This document shows, piece after piece, positions 63,925-64,000 of a DNA stretch of 64,000 nucleotides. Within the stretch, counting starts at the first letter, position 1; each line of letters opens with the position of its first letter. Where the stretch lies: assembly GCA_043822125.1 (NCBI GenBank), contig JBDRCB010000009.1, positions 79,736 through 143,735 on the forward strand, read 5' to 3'. Origin of the DNA: an archaeon. GTDB lineage: Archaea > Nanobdellota > Nanobdellia > Pacearchaeales > GW2011-AR1. The notes beneath the pieces were generated by a model. That model ran no database searches. It was given only the letters and a program-made list of their open reading frames with translations, and was not told the origin of the DNA. Position numbers and translations under genes: made by a program.

Positions 63925-64000
63925 AAAGCCTTTTTAAAAAATTCTATACTAAAAAATATTTTTTAGGATGCGAAAATTATATAAAACTACAAATCCTTTT

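Noticed and set aside
1-64000. CRISPR arrays, rRNA, SRP RNA or RNase P RNA, transposases, or defence islands
   Set aside because: I saw no regularly spaced repeats, and no extended GC-rich structured regions other than the tRNAs and the 45597..45638 hairpins. I recognised no cas, transposase, restriction-modification or reverse-transcriptase-like ORFs. Poly-A/T runs are compositional.

Overview
AT-rich (roughly 30% GC by eye) archaeal chromosome segment. The core genes are archaeal: TFB, RadA, RPA, GINS51, RecJ/GAN-like, Hef, EndoQ, SRP54/FtsY, aIF2-alpha/Nop10, Sm protein, several e-type ribosomal proteins, EndA and RNase Z. There are 7 tRNA genes and 5 of them carry introns. The small proteins, eroded zinc-ribbon genes, a bacterial-type LeuRS and large surface proteins suggest a reduced DPANN-like (Woese-/Pacearchaeota-like) genome; that placement is inference only. 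Most genes look leaderless, with a TATA core starting 29 nt upstream of the ATG, and I used this spacing to re-call several starts. The most unusual content has four parts. (1) A translationally coupled operon encodes a 634-aa protein with a class-III (prepilin-like) signal and a 2,161-aa secreted giant with an embedded lytic-transglycosylase (SLT) domain. (2) A type-IV-pilus/archaellum-like locus holds an A24 peptidase, a FlaI-like ATPase and a FlaJ-like platform protein. It has no small pilins, but has two large paralogs whose first 164 nt are near-identical. (3) A roughly 1-kb remnant of an integrated element at tRNA-Gln carries a RelE-like toxin-antitoxin pair. (4) Apparent relics of S27e and of the small protein usually found next to aEF-1beta. 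No rRNA, CRISPR array, reverse transcriptase or intact integrase/transposase was seen.
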